Part shown: in pieces, positions 18,591-29,250 of the stretch
How the letters are laid out: every line of letters starts with the position of its first letter
How positions within the stretch are numbered: the stretch's first letter is position 1
NCBI GenBank assembly: GCA_032128875.1
Contig: JAVLKG010000003.1
Coordinates: 952,974-1,016,973, forward strand
Direction of reading: 5' to 3'
Length of the DNA stretch: 64,000 bases
From: Candidatus Melainabacteria bacterium 17Bon1m
Lineage (GTDB): Bacteria; Cyanobacteriota; Vampirovibrionia; Obscuribacterales; Obscuribacteraceae
Translations under genes and position numbers: made by a program
The notes under the pieces: model-generated
Told to the model about the DNA's origin: nothing
The model's input: the letters and a program-made list of their open reading frames with translations, nothing else
Database searches by the model: none

Positions 18591-19733
18591 TTATTTGCGA
18601 CCGGCTGCGTACTTGTTGTGAAGTTGTCCGCAAGCGGCGTCGATGTCTGTGCCGCGTTCCAATCTAACCGTGACTGTCTTGCCGCTGCGCGCTGCAAGCG
18701 TTTTGAAACGCTGTTGCGATTCTCGTGAAGGGCGGTCGTAGAGCGCTTCTCCCATTGGGTTCAAAGTTGGGTTGAACGGGATGAGATTGATGTTGCAATG
18801 GAGATCTTTCACAAGTTCTGCAAGGTGAATCGCCTGCTCCGGACGATCTGTAACGTCCTTCAGAAGAACATACTCAATTGTTACTCTGCGATTGGTCGTA
18901 TCCACGTAATCGTGCATGGCTGCCATGACTTCATGGATTGGATATTTCTTTGTGATTGGAACAATCTCTTCTCTTGTCTCCACATCTGGTGCGTGCAAAG
19001 AAAGCGCAAGAGTGATCGGTAAGTTTGCTTTTGCTAGTTGTCTGATACCAGGTACGATACCGGAGGTGGAGACCGTAATGTGTCGCGCACCGATGCCGAC
19101 TGTGTTAATTAGCCGCTTTACTGACTCGATGACTTCATCTGTATTTAGGAGTGGTTCGCCTTGACCCATGTATACGACATTGCCGACGCGCTTTCCTGAT
19201 TCGCGTTGAATGCTCATAATTTGGTCGATAATTTCTTGCGCAGTCAGGTTTCTTTTGAATCCCAGGTAACCTGTGGCGCAGAATGTGCAGCCCACCGCGC
19301 AACCGACCTGACTTGAAACGCAGGCGGTGAGTGACGGTCGATCTTGAAAAGCCATTAAGACAGATTCGACCATTTTGCCGTCAGGCAATTGAAAGAGATA
19401 CTTGCGGGTATCGTCGGAGCTGACCTGCAAGTGAGCCATGTTGAGCAATCCGACTTCTGCGGTCTCAGAAAGTTTTTTTCTGAGGTCGGCGGATAGATCT
19501 GTCATCTCTTCAAAGTTTTTAGCCCATTTGCTGTAAATCCAGCTGTGGATTTGTTTTGCGCGGAATTTTGGCAGTCCGTGTTTCTTGACAAAATCTTCCA
19601 GCTCGTCAAGCGACAAGCCCGAAAGCGAGGGCAGGCGCCCATATTTCGTCAATTCAATTTCGGTTGTTCCGTCGTCTGTGCTCAAGGTTTTGGCCCGCAG
19701 TTCTGAAAGGCTCACAGGCGCAGTATTATGCAC
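18591..19733 (-). CDS. rlmN: Dual-specificity RNA methyltransferase RlmN
   Basis: CVSSQVGCAVGCTFCATG, MGQGEP and DIDAACGQL; start uncertain (ORF stays open to 19868). Confidence 0.95.
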   Translation of the reverse strand: MHNTAPVSLSELRAKTLSTDDGTTEIELTKYGRLPSLSGLSLDELEDFVKKHGLPKFRAKQIHSWIYSKWAKNFEEMTDLSADLRKKLSETAEVGLLNMAHLQVSSDDTRKYLFQLPDGKMVESVLMAFQDRPSLTACVSSQVGCAVGCTFCATGYLGFKRNLTAQEIIDQIMSIQRESGKRVGNVVYMGQGEPLLNTDEVIESVKRLINTVGIGARHITVSTSGIVPGIRQLAKANLPITLALSLHAPDVETREEIVPITKKYPIHEVMAAMHDYVDTTNRRVTIEYVLLKDVTDRPEQAIHLAELVKDLHCNINLIPFNPTLNPMGEALYDRPSRESQQRFKTLAARSGKTVTVRLERGTDIDAACGQLHNKYAAGRK

Positions 19734-20072
19734 CCGTGCCCAGAGTTTGTCGCCCGCGCTTAGTTGTGTTTCAGGCTGAAACTTACGACCTGCGGCGACG
19801 TCAACATAATAACAGCGCACATGACATCCGTGGCTGTTTAGAGCCTTTTGGAAACGGAATGTGACCAATGCTTAGGAGAAGGTTCAAGGTTCTGGATGTC
19901 ATAAGGGCCGATGATACAATCAGAAACTAATTAGATCTGTGCCGAACGCCCACGGGCCGGGCTTGGCGAGGATTTCCCGCTAGAGCGATGGGATTTAAAT
20001 AATCGCTGGAAACCGGCTCTGAATGTTCATTTAGGTAAGATCGTTTTTTGCAATCGTGGGAGTGAATATCGA

Positions 20073-23000
20073 ATGTCGGAATCCTGGGAAGAGCGTACGC
20101 GAACCTGGCTGAAAGGACTTTTTGGGGACTCGAATGAAAAGCGCGTGAAGGCGCTGCAACAGTACGTGGACAAAGCGAACAGCTTTGAGCCCGCCATGCA
20201 GAAGCTCACAGATGATGAGCTCAAGGGCAAGACTGTTGAGTTTCGCCGCCGCATCGACGAAGCCTTGAAGAATGTCCCGGACGTCAAGCTGATTCCCGAC
20301 GATGCTCCCAAAATGCCGGGACAATTCCGCACTCAGAAAGACAAAGTGCTCGATGAAGTGTTGGAGCAAATGTTGCCCGAGGCTTTCGCTGTTGTTCGCG
20401 AAGCCGGTCGCCGCGTGCTCAACATGCGTCACTTTGACGTTCAGCTCATGGGCGGCGCCGCACTGCACTTCAACAAGATTTCCGAAATGCGCACCGGTGA
20501 AGGTAAGACACTTGTCGCCACCCTTCCTGTGTATCTCAATGCTTTGACCGGACGCGGCGTCCACGTCGTTACTGTCAACGATTATCTAGCCCGCCGCGAC
20601 GCCGAGTGGATGGGACAAATTTACAAGTTTCTCGGTTTGACCGTTGGTTTGATTTACTCTCACCAGCCTGACGATGAAAAGTACGCTGCTTACCGCTGCG
20701 ATATCAGCTATGGCACCAATCACGAATTCGGTTTTGACTACCTGCGCGACAACATGCGCAAGTCTCTCGACCAGCTCGTGCAGCGTCCGTATTACTTCGC
20801 CGTCGTTGACGAAGTAGACAACATCCTCATCGACGAAGCTCGTACTCCACTCATCATTTCCGGTTTTCCGACAGAGTCTTTCCAAGACGTTTATCTCTCC
20901 TGCGCAAAAGTTGCACCGATGTTGGAGAGAGGCAAGGACAAAGAAGACGAAGACTGCGACTACTGGGTCGATGAAAAAGGACACAGTATTCTTTTGACGG
21001 AACGCGGTCAGGATCGTGCTGAGCAATTGCTCGGTGTCACCGACCTCTTTGATTTGCACTTCAACTATCACCATCATGTTGTGCAAGCGCTGAAGGCGAA
21101 AGAGCTGTACAAGCTCGACGTCAATTATGTAATTCGTCCAAATGAAGAAGGCAAAATGGAAGCCGTCATCGTCGACGAGTTCACCGGACGTATGATGCAA
21201 GGACGCCGTTGGAGCGACGGTCTTCACCAAGCCGTAGAAGCGAAAGAAGGTATTCCGATTCAGGAAGAAACCCTCACATACGCTTCGATCACGTATCAAA
21301 ATCTTTTCCGCCTCTATCCAAAACTGTCTGGTATGACCGGTACGGCGATGACGGAAGCCGCTGAATTCCAGAAGATCTACAACCTCGATGTTGTTGCTAT
21401 TCCAACCAACAAGACAGCTGTCAGAGGCGACCAACCGGACGTCATATATAAGACTGAATTGCAGAAATATATTTCTGTAGTCGAAGAAATTATTGAGTGC
21501 CACGAAGAAGGGCGCCCAGTGCTGGTTGGGACGGTCAGTATTGAAAAGTCGGAGCTTGTTGCTGATCTTTTGAGCAAGCCTCAGACGATGGGAGAAGTTC
21601 TTCTGAAGAAGATTCAGAAGGTCATGGATTCCATCAAGAAGAATAATCTGGGCGGGGACAACATCGAGGCGCTGAAGAAGCTTTTTGAGCGTCCTGCGCT
21701 GATTGATCCATCCAAGATGGAAGAGACTTGCAAACTTCTCGAGAAGGAGTTTCCGAAGAAAGAAGATTTCCTCGAGCGTCTCTATTCGGCATTGAGAACT
21801 GCGCGTGTTGTCTCAGCGGTGAGAAAGGGCATTCCGCACCATGTTCTCAACGCGAAGCACCACGAGAAGGAAGCGCTCATCGTTGCGCAAGCGGGTCGTA
21901 AGGGCGCGGTGACGATCGCAACCAACATGGCTGGTAGGGGTACCGACATCTTGTTGGGTGGAAACCCCGAGTTTCAGGCGAGAGAGAAACTACTCAAAGA
22001 CAATCCGAATTTGAGCGAAGAAGAGTTCGATGCTCGTGTCAAAGAGCTGAAAGAAAAGTTCAAAGTCGAAACGGATAAAGAGCACGACGAAGTAATTAAG
22101 CTGGGCGGGCTCCACATCATTGGAACCGAGCGCCACGAAGCACGCCGCATCGACAACCAGTTGAGAGGTCGTGCCGGCCGTCAAGGCGATCCTGGCTCGA
22201 CGCGTTTCTTCCTGTCGCTTGAAGATCAATTGATGAGAATCTTCGGCGGAGACAAAATTGCTCGCTTGATGGAACTCATTCGTGCAGACGAAGAGATGCC
22301 CATCGAATCCGGCATGGTGTCTAAGTCTATCGAGAACGCGCAGAAGAAAGTAGAAGCGCACCACTTTGATATGCGTAAGCACGTTCTTCAATACGACGAT
22401 GTTCTCAACACGCAGCGCGAAGTAATTTACCGCGAAAGACGTCGCTTGCTCGAGCGCGCAGACTTGCGCCAGCAGGTCCTCGACATGCTTACAGAGCACC
22501 TCGATATGCTTTTGGGAAGCTATATCGATTCTGATGCACCGCCGGAATTCTGGGAAGAAGATGGTCTTCCGCAGGTTGTTGCCTTGCTGAAGAATGATAT
22601 TCCGTTGCTTGAAGAACTCAAAGACACTGAGCTGCATGGGCTTTCATACGAAGACTTGCGTGCAGAACTTTGGAAGCAAATAAAAATGGCTTATGAAGTT
22701 CGCGAGCAGCACATCGGCGTTGAACACATGCGCGAGATGGAAAGACAAATTCTGCTCAATACCATCGACGGCAAGTGGGTCGATTACCTGCATAACATCG
22801 ACCTTTTGCGCGAAGGCATTCACTTGCGTGGATACGGTCAACGCGATCCACTGCAAGAGTATAAGAAAGAAGCATTCGATATGTTCAATCGCTTGCTCAA
22901 ATCCATCAAAGAAGAATCCATTCAACTGATCTTCAGAGCGCAGCCTGTAATCATGGATATGGACGACCTTGAAGGAATGATTCTCAATGAGTTGAAGAGT

Positions 23001-23333
23001 CTCGGGCAAGAAGGTGACGAATTGCCCGATCTCGATCAACAACAATTTGCTGATTTGGTCAGCGGAATTATTTCAGGCAAAAGCCCTGAAGAATTAGGCT
23101 TGATAGGCAAAGTAGACGATGAGGGCGATATCGATGCGGACGCAGAAGAAAATCTGAAGGACGTTATCGAACACCTTGGTGAAGTCGATTCTAGTATCGG
23201 TGATGCCAAAAACGGCGAAGATAAAGCCGTTGGCGGAGACGCTGATAGTGGCAAAAACGGCGAGGCGAAAGATTCCGAAAAAAAGACTGAAGTGAAGTCG
23301 GAATCAGGCTCGAGCAAATCCAAGAAAGCGTAA
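20073..23333 (+). CDS. secA: Preprotein translocase ATPase SecA
   Basis: MRTGEGKT, DEVDNILIDEARTPLIISG, ATNMAGRGTDI and RRIDNQLRGRAGRQGDPG. Confidence 0.98.
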   Translation: MSESWEERTRTWLKGLFGDSNEKRVKALQQYVDKANSFEPAMQKLTDDELKGKTVEFRRRIDEALKNVPDVKLIPDDAPKMPGQFRTQKDKVLDEVLEQMLPEAFAVVREAGRRVLNMRHFDVQLMGGAALHFNKISEMRTGEGKTLVATLPVYLNALTGRGVHVVTVNDYLARRDAEWMGQIYKFLGLTVGLIYSHQPDDEKYAAYRCDISYGTNHEFGFDYLRDNMRKSLDQLVQRPYYFAVVDEVDNILIDEARTPLIISGFPTESFQDVYLSCAKVAPMLERGKDKEDEDCDYWVDEKGHSILLTERGQDRAEQLLGVTDLFDLHFNYHHHVVQALKAKELYKLDVNYVIRPNEEGKMEAVIVDEFTGRMMQGRRWSDGLHQAVEAKEGIPIQEETLTYASITYQNLFRLYPKLSGMTGTAMTEAAEFQKIYNLDVVAIPTNKTAVRGDQPDVIYKTELQKYISVVEEIIECHEEGRPVLVGTVSIEKSELVADLLSKPQTMGEVLLKKIQKVMDSIKKNNLGGDNIEALKKLFERPALIDPSKMEETCKLLEKEFPKKEDFLERLYSALRTARVVSAVRKGIPHHVLNAKHHEKEALIVAQAGRKGAVTIATNMAGRGTDILLGGNPEFQAREKLLKDNPNLSEEEFDARVKELKEKFKVETDKEHDEVIKLGGLHIIGTERHEARRIDNQLRGRAGRQGDPGSTRFFLSLEDQLMRIFGGDKIARLMELIRADEEMPIESGMVSKSIENAQKKVEAHHFDMRKHVLQYDDVLNTQREVIYRERRRLLERADLRQQVLDMLTEHLDMLLGSYIDSDAPPEFWEEDGLPQVVALLKNDIPLLEELKDTELHGLSYEDLRAELWKQIKMAYEVREQHIGVEHMREMERQILLNTIDGKWVDYLHNIDLLREGIHLRGYGQRDPLQEYKKEAFDMFNRLLKSIKEESIQLIFRAQPVIMDMDDLEGMILNELKSLGQEGDELPDLDQQQFADLVSGIISGKSPEELGLIGKVDDEGDIDADAEENLKDVIEHLGEVDSSIGDAKNGEDKAVGGDADSGKNGEAKDSEKKTEVKSESGSSKSKKA

Positions 23334-23340
23334 TTTTCTT

Positions 23341-23392
23341 GTAGGGCAGCCTATGCGTTGCCCTGACAGGGAGCCTCATGCGGCTCCCGTAC
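23341..23392. repeat. REP-like palindrome pair
   Basis: GTAGGGCAGC..GTTGCCCT and GGGAGCC..GGCTCCCGTAC. Confidence 0.7.
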
Positions 23393-23412
23393 ATTCGACA
23401 GTTTGAAAAGTT

Positions 23413-24261
23413 ATGCGTATCCTCTCCTTCGATACAACAAACAATTGCGTCAGTATTGCTCTGCTAGACTCTGATAGTGCAGTTAGCGAGCGGCTTTTCG
23501 TTTCAAGCGGTGGGGCGCGACAAGAGTCGGTTACCTTGCTTTTGCCGGCGATCGACGAGATGCTGCAGGAAGCAGGTTGGAAGAAATCCGAACTTGATTT
23601 GCTCGTTGTTGGAATTGGTCCGGGAAGTTTTACCGGCATAAGAATCGCAGTCGTGACGGCAAGGACGCTCGCACAGGCGCTCAAGTTGCCGCTTACTGGC
23701 GTCTCTCTGCTTGACTGTTATGCTGCAAAATTGTCCGAGACCGAAAAGGGGCTTGCGGAATTTTCCGTTGTTCTTTCCGGCGGCCGAGGACATTTTTACT
23801 TTGCCTCTTATCGCAATTCACCCTCAGGAGAGCCGCATACTGCACTAGGTCAAGACGGCGGGTGTCCCGCCCCTGCCGAGGTTGTGAAGCCTCAGCACGG
23901 AACTCTCCCTGATATGAAGATTGCATTGTCTGCGAGTAAAAACTGGGGACTCGATCCATCCTTGATGGAATCATTGTCCGGCGCCGGCGGGACTAATTTT
24001 ATCGAACTGCCGGAACTTGCTAACATCGCGACGTTTCAAGGGGTGCTCGCATATCGTCGAGTTTCACAGAGTAAATTTGACCAAGCTAAGACTCTTGCTT
24101 CATCCGGGGTTTCGGAGGAAAATGGGCGCGGCGTACTGGCAGCAGATGCGAAAGAGTCGTTACTAAATGACTATCCCTATCGCGTCGTAGAACCGCTCTA
24201 CCTGCGAGGCGCGTCCGTTACGCTCAAGGGAACAGATGGCAAAGCGTCAGCGACTAATTGA
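23413..24261 (+). CDS. tsaB: tRNA t6A biosynthesis protein TsaB
   Basis: ILSFDTT, GIGPGSFTGIRI and EPLYLR. Confidence 0.92.
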   Translation: MRILSFDTTNNCVSIALLDSDSAVSERLFVSSGGARQESVTLLLPAIDEMLQEAGWKKSELDLLVVGIGPGSFTGIRIAVVTARTLAQALKLPLTGVSLLDCYAAKLSETEKGLAEFSVVLSGGRGHFYFASYRNSPSGEPHTALGQDGGCPAPAEVVKPQHGTLPDMKIALSASKNWGLDPSLMESLSGAGGTNFIELPELANIATFQGVLAYRRVSQSKFDQAKTLASSGVSEENGRGVLAADAKESLLNDYPYRVVEPLYLRGASVTLKGTDGKASATN

Positions 24262-24847
24262 ACTGAGACGGCTAGACAAAAGCGATCTAGACGAAGTGAT
24301 GGAAATCGAACCTGTCGCTTTCGGAAATCATCACTGGTCGCGTCAGTCGTTTGAAAACGAGCTAATCAACCGCCTCGGGTATTATTTTGCTGCGGTCGAC
24401 GCCGAGTCAAAGCAATTGATCGGGTATTCGGGATATTGGCTGATCGGTGGTGATGAAGCGCATATAACAACTCTTGCTGTTCACCAAGATTACAGAAGGA
24501 AACGTGTCGGCGAAGTCCTGCTCATCAACAATATTCTGACGTGTCGCCGGGAAGGCGCAAAATGGTTGACTCTTGAGGTGCGCGTCTCGAATGAGAAAGC
24601 CCAAAACCTCTATTTTAAATTTGGTTTCAAGAACCTTGGCGTCCGCCGCCATTACTACCAGGACAACGGTGAAGACGCCCTCATGCTTTGGACCGAGAAT
24701 ATTCTAAGGCCCGAATATTTGGATGTCCTGAACGAACGCATAGATTCGGTCCAGCGCCTGATTAAAGTCGATTGGATGGCGCCCCAGGAGTTTGATAGCC
24801 CGTATGCCAGGGGGGAGGAGATTCCCGCCGAAGAGAAGCGCGCATAA
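24236..24847 (+). CDS. rimI: Ribosomal-protein-alanine N-acetyltransferase
   Basis: EAHITTLAV, LEVRVSN and RRHYYQDNGEDA; follows tsaB. Confidence 0.92.
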   Translation: MAKRQRLIELRRLDKSDLDEVMEIEPVAFGNHHWSRQSFENELINRLGYYFAAVDAESKQLIGYSGYWLIGGDEAHITTLAVHQDYRRKRVGEVLLINNILTCRREGAKWLTLEVRVSNEKAQNLYFKFGFKNLGVRRHYYQDNGEDALMLWTENILRPEYLDVLNERIDSVQRLIKVDWMAPQEFDSPYARGEEIPAEEKRA

Positions 24848-24986
24848 TTGACGCTTGACTATAGCCTTAAATAACAGCGACAATAGGGCGTCGAAGCGTG
24901 AGTGGTGCAACAGCACAAAGTATATACAGCGGGATATCCCGCACTTTTGTCATTCGTCATGGTCTTAAAAGCGAGACCGACGATTT

Positions 24987-25862
24987 GTGGAGTCACTGAG
25001 AACGAATCACGTGCAGCTCGTAGTAGTACCTCCAAAAGAAAGAATTCAGACGCGGCGTCCTGTTCGCAAGTCGATTGTCGGCCAGATCATTCTGGTGATG
25101 CTAGGTATAGAGCTTCTCTTTGCCGCAACTTTCACTTGCCTTGAAGTGCCAGTCCCCACCGGCAAGAACATGCGTGCTTCAGTAGAGAAGCAAATCGCCC
25201 TTATTCAACTGAGCATTCCGGAGCAGGTCACCGAGAAAGTCGCGAAGTATATTCCTGCGGTGAAAAACATTCCGCAGGTTCAGCCTCCTTCTGAAATTCG
25301 CTATTCGATTTACACCCCACAGACGCCGGTCGCCATTTTTGTAGGCTATGCACTTGGTTGGCCTATCGCAACAATTGCCTGTACCGCTTTTGTGTTTTTA
25401 GGTCTGATCGGACCAGTCTTCAATTTCCATCCCTTCGCCAGCGGCGGCGGTGTGAATTATTATCTCGAGCCGGGATTCGGCTACCTTTTGGGCATGGTTG
25501 CCGCTACCTGGGCTGTCGGCTACATAACGAAAAATGGACGCACTTCTCTAAACCAAGCGCTGGCGGTTCTTGCCGGGCTTGCCTCCGTACACGTTATAGG
25601 ACTGGCGTATTTGCTAGGAACTTGTGTAGTATTGGCTGTTATTGAAGGTATTGGCGTACAACCGGGTTGGCAGCAATGGCTGTTTCAAGAATTTCGCAAT
25701 CTAAGCTGGTATCAGTTGCCGTACGATGCGCTGTTTGGGGTCTTAGCCGTGGGGGCGGGATTCCCGCTCAGGTGGCTCTCTGGGCGATTGATCGCGCCAG
25801 ACATCGGAGCGAGAAAAGACGTTTCGAGGCAGCGAGAATACAGAGACATGATGGACTACTAA
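24987..25862 (+). CDS. bioY: Biotin transporter BioY-like protein
   Basis: GL.G...FASGGG..Y..EPGFGYLLG with multiple TM helices. Confidence 0.8.
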   Translation: MESLRTNHVQLVVVPPKERIQTRRPVRKSIVGQIILVMLGIELLFAATFTCLEVPVPTGKNMRASVEKQIALIQLSIPEQVTEKVAKYIPAVKNIPQVQPPSEIRYSIYTPQTPVAIFVGYALGWPIATIACTAFVFLGLIGPVFNFHPFASGGGVNYYLEPGFGYLLGMVAATWAVGYITKNGRTSLNQALAVLAGLASVHVIGLAYLLGTCVVLAVIEGIGVQPGWQQWLFQEFRNLSWYQLPYDALFGVLAVGAGFPLRWLSGRLIAPDIGARKDVSRQREYRDMMDY

Positions 25863-25915
25863 ACAGTCCGGACGGTTCGCAATCTGGCAAAGCTGATATT
25901 ACTGAGTTGCGCACC

Positions 25916-26887
25916 ATGAGACGCGAAGGCGTTTTGCCGCGCCTGCTCAAATCAAAGTCGACCTGGATTTTCGCAGCTTCTCTTTGTACTGCCGGCGCCG
26001 CAGCCTTCTATTACGCTCGTAAGATCGAGCCCAAGAAGTATAAGTTGGAGACAGTGCGTGTCATCACAGGTGATGGCAATGCCTGGCGTGGACGCGAAGG
26101 TAACGGAAAAGGGGCACGTTCGGAAGAGCGCATAGAAAGGAAGCTTTTCAGAATTCTGCATCTGTCGGATTTGCATCTTGCCAAACCTGAGAGTCACAAA
26201 ATCGATTTCATCCGAAAGATCACTGATGCGGATTTCGACTTGATTGTTTTGACAGGTGATGTATTCGAAGACCACAGTGGGCTGGAGTATGCTGAAAGGC
26301 TCTTGAGCCGCCGTCCTCGCCTTGGCGCGTATGCAGTGTTAGGCAATCATGATTATTATGACTACACGATGTTCAACAAGATAGTCGGACGCGTGATGAA
26401 AAAGTATCGTCATCCTAAAGAAAAGCGTGATGTGACACCATTTGTAGAGGCGCTGCAAAATGGTGGTTTTGATGTTTTGCGCAACGAGTCACGCTGTCTA
26501 AAAGAGCACGGTCTGCATATTGTCGGAATAGATTATCCAGGCATTGACGAGTACGAGTTGCAGAGATTGGCCGCTCAAGCACCTGAACATCATCTGAAAC
26601 TTTGCATTTTTCATTTGCCGAAAAAACTTCACCACATCACTAATGCTCGAATGCATCTTGCCCTCGGTGGACATACCCACGGCGGACAAGTAAGAATTCC
26701 CGGTGTGGGTCCTCTGATTACGGACTCAGAACTCGGCAGACATGAGGCTTCCGGGCTTATCCGCAGAGGCGAAACAGCGTTTCATATCTCGCGCGGATTG
26801 GGTGCAGATCCTCGCTCGAACATTCGATTTTTCTGTCCGCCTGCCGCCACGATCATCGAAGTTCATCATCAAATGCCGCGCGGCTAA
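25916..26887 (+). CDS. Metallophosphoesterase (YkuE-like)
   Basis: HLSDLH, LTGD, LGNHD and GHTHGGQ. Confidence 0.9.
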   Translation: MRREGVLPRLLKSKSTWIFAASLCTAGAAAFYYARKIEPKKYKLETVRVITGDGNAWRGREGNGKGARSEERIERKLFRILHLSDLHLAKPESHKIDFIRKITDADFDLIVLTGDVFEDHSGLEYAERLLSRRPRLGAYAVLGNHDYYDYTMFNKIVGRVMKKYRHPKEKRDVTPFVEALQNGGFDVLRNESRCLKEHGLHIVGIDYPGIDEYELQRLAAQAPEHHLKLCIFHLPKKLHHITNARMHLALGGHTHGGQVRIPGVGPLITDSELGRHEASGLIRRGETAFHISRGLGADPRSNIRFFCPPAATIIEVHHQMPRG

Positions 26888-26897
26888 GAAAATGGCG

Positions 26898-27569
26898 CTA
26901 GATTTCGGCCCATGGCCAGTGCGCTTGAACTTGTCGCCATAGCGACGTTACGCTGTTTCTCAACAATCGAACATCAACATATTCGTTGTTTTCGATTAGC
27001 CTTGCTTTGATTTCGTTTTCTTGAAATGATCCAGCTAAAGGATTCATGCCGTTGCCGGAAAACTTGCCGTCAAAAATAACGGTGCGCATGGGACGCCCCT
27101 TATTGACCCATTTTTCAGGTGTTTGAAAAACAATATGCAATGGTTGATTAGTATCGACTTTGTTTATGGTGGCTTCCATGGTGGCACCTGTTCCCCAGTT
27201 GAGACGGCACTTCACATTGGTGGCGAGCCGGTAGAGCGACAATCGCACCACCTCGCGATCGCGCCCGCTGGTGGCGTATTCGCCTGTTACATCGGAGATT
27301 GTCCATAAAATCCATATTGTTGAAAAAACCATCAAGCATACGAGAATAATCATGTTCAAACGCCGCGATGGCCGTATCAAATGTGCGAACTTGCCTGGAC
27401 GAGCCTGCTGTTGGGGGCGTCGTCCTGTGAGCCCTTTCAGCCCTGGAATGCCGCCTATTTCGAAAGGATCTACTTCCTGGTCTTGCTCTCCGCGTCCGCC
27501 CCGACGCGTTCCACCGCCCGGATTGCCCGGAGGGTTATCGTCAGGTCGGCGTCTGGGGGGGCGATTCAT
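26898..27569 (-). CDS. Hypothetical single-TM protein
   Basis: Disordered N-terminus and one TM helix; in an operon with the upstream protease. Confidence 0.7.
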   Translation of the reverse strand: MNRPPRRRPDDNPPGNPGGGTRRGGRGEQDQEVDPFEIGGIPGLKGLTGRRPQQQARPGKFAHLIRPSRRLNMIILVCLMVFSTIWILWTISDVTGEYATSGRDREVVRLSLYRLATNVKCRLNWGTGATMEATINKVDTNQPLHIVFQTPEKWVNKGRPMRTVIFDGKFSGNGMNPLAGSFQENEIKARLIENNEYVDVRLLRNSVTSLWRQVQAHWPWAEI

Positions 27570-27580
27570 CCGTTTTTTCT

Positions 27581-28450
27581 TTATGGAATGTAGTCTGGTT
27601 GATGCTTGTAGATGTATCGAATCGTGGCAGCATCGTTATTGGACGGCACTCCGCGCCCATAGTAGACACTCATCAAGTCGTATGGATTAGTCGAGTGCTG
27701 GTCGATGCCGAGCGCATGACCGAATTCGTGTCCGGCCGAAGCGCGCATTTTCTCATTACTCATTGGGTTGCCTTGCTGGTTGGTTGTGCGCAGCAAAATT
27801 ACTACAGGTTGGAAAAGGGGCTGCTTGCCTTGCATAACGAGCCTGTAGTCGAATATTTCTTTCGATGTGTATCCACGAATATCGTTAGCGAAGAGTCCAA
27901 GCCCGAGCTTGTTGACGAAGTGATGCGTCCAGAAAACATAGATGTCTGCTTCGGACGGATCATTGGTCAAAACATACTGAAAAAGTCCTTCGCGCTCGAA
28001 CCCTTTCCAGTAGTTGATTCCTTGCACTGCAGCCTCGTAATGCGGCTCTACAAAGCCCTCAGCCACTGGGAGGTTGTTTATCTGCCCATTCTCGATTATC
28101 TCGGCAACCAGGTGCGGCCAGCGCTGTTTGCCGTCGACATTTGTGCGAGGCACACCCAACTCCTCGTCCATAAAGCCATCGATGCTCGAGCCTTTAGAAA
28201 CATAGACTTTGAGCGGCATCTGGTCAGCAACCCAGCGCACGACTTTGCCGTTGAATAATGCCTGGGGATAAACGCCTGAAGGCCCCGCTGCAGCCTGCTT
28301 TCCGCCGCCCCCACCGGGACGCGCCGGGGGCAGTTGTCTGCCGCCATAGCTGTTGCGAAACTGTGCTTCAGAAGCCTGCGGCATCCAGGACGCGACCAGA
28401 AGAGCGGCGATTATCGCCGGTAGAAGAAAGAAGGCTGATCTCATCTGCAT
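27581..28450 (-). CDS. Exported matrixin-family zinc metalloprotease
   Basis: Signal peptide, HEFGHALGIDQHS and a Met-turn (DLMS). Confidence 0.88.
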   Translation of the reverse strand: MQMRSAFFLLPAIIAALLVASWMPQASEAQFRNSYGGRQLPPARPGGGGGKQAAAGPSGVYPQALFNGKVVRWVADQMPLKVYVSKGSSIDGFMDEELGVPRTNVDGKQRWPHLVAEIIENGQINNLPVAEGFVEPHYEAAVQGINYWKGFEREGLFQYVLTNDPSEADIYVFWTHHFVNKLGLGLFANDIRGYTSKEIFDYRLVMQGKQPLFQPVVILLRTTNQQGNPMSNEKMRASAGHEFGHALGIDQHSTNPYDLMSVYYGRGVPSNNDAATIRYIYKHQPDYIP

Positions 28451-29211
28451 ATTAAGGCTGAAAGCTTAACGGGTGTTAATTCTAAAGAGATAATACCCTA
28501 AACCTTTGTTCGTTCATCTTTCAGCCCGGTTCGGGCTTTCATGTCCCGGTCTGGAATTTGAAGCAAGACGATCTCGTCTGCCGGCGTCGGCGATACCTTT
28601 CGAATTTATCGGTCTGCTGTGCTTGAATGATTCGTGTTTTGGAAAGCGCGAAGATAAAATTCGCAAGATTTCTCAACACAATTTTGTCTCTCTTGGAGAC
28701 CGGCGTCTCTATTTATCGCTTGCAAAGCGAGCTTTTGTCGCAAATGTCATGGGGCGAGTAAATTTTCTGCGCGTCGATTGCTTGAAAGCCTGCTCGCAGA
28801 TTGGTGATCTGCCAAATCCTTGTCCCTGTTAGTCTTTGCGGGCAGTCACTTGGGAACAATTTGAAATTCTTGGCGTCGTCAGGCTAGTTATCGGCATTTG
28901 CCGGATGCCTGATAAACACTGCCTATTTAAGAGTGGCGTAAAAAGGGAACCTTCAATATTTCGTTACGTCAATCTTGAACGAAACCTAAAGGTAGACAAT
29001 GTTTTCCGGATTCTCGGGTACAACTGTATCAACGACATCGCAGAATCACCAGTTAGTGGGGCACTAGGGATAGAGCCTATCGGGGCAGCACCGATCCTGC
29101 GGACAATTTAAAGAATCAAAGCGGGAGTGCTCACAGCAACCCGCTTTTCTTTTGCTCGTTTTTTTGAAAAAAATTGTGCATTGCATCGAGATTGCTTTGC
29201 GAAGCAGGTCC

Positions 29212-29235
29212 GCGGGCGGCATTCATGCCGCCCGC
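29212..29235. repeat. REP-like palindrome / possible terminator
   Basis: GCGGGCGGCAT-TC-ATGCCGCCCGC, the same core as the third palindrome of the 17140-17218 cluster. Confidence 0.65.
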
Positions 29236-29250
29236 CAATGGCTTTGGATG

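Noticed and set aside
21573-21828. Intein in secA
   Set aside because: It is too short and lacks the C-terminal HN and other splicing motifs.
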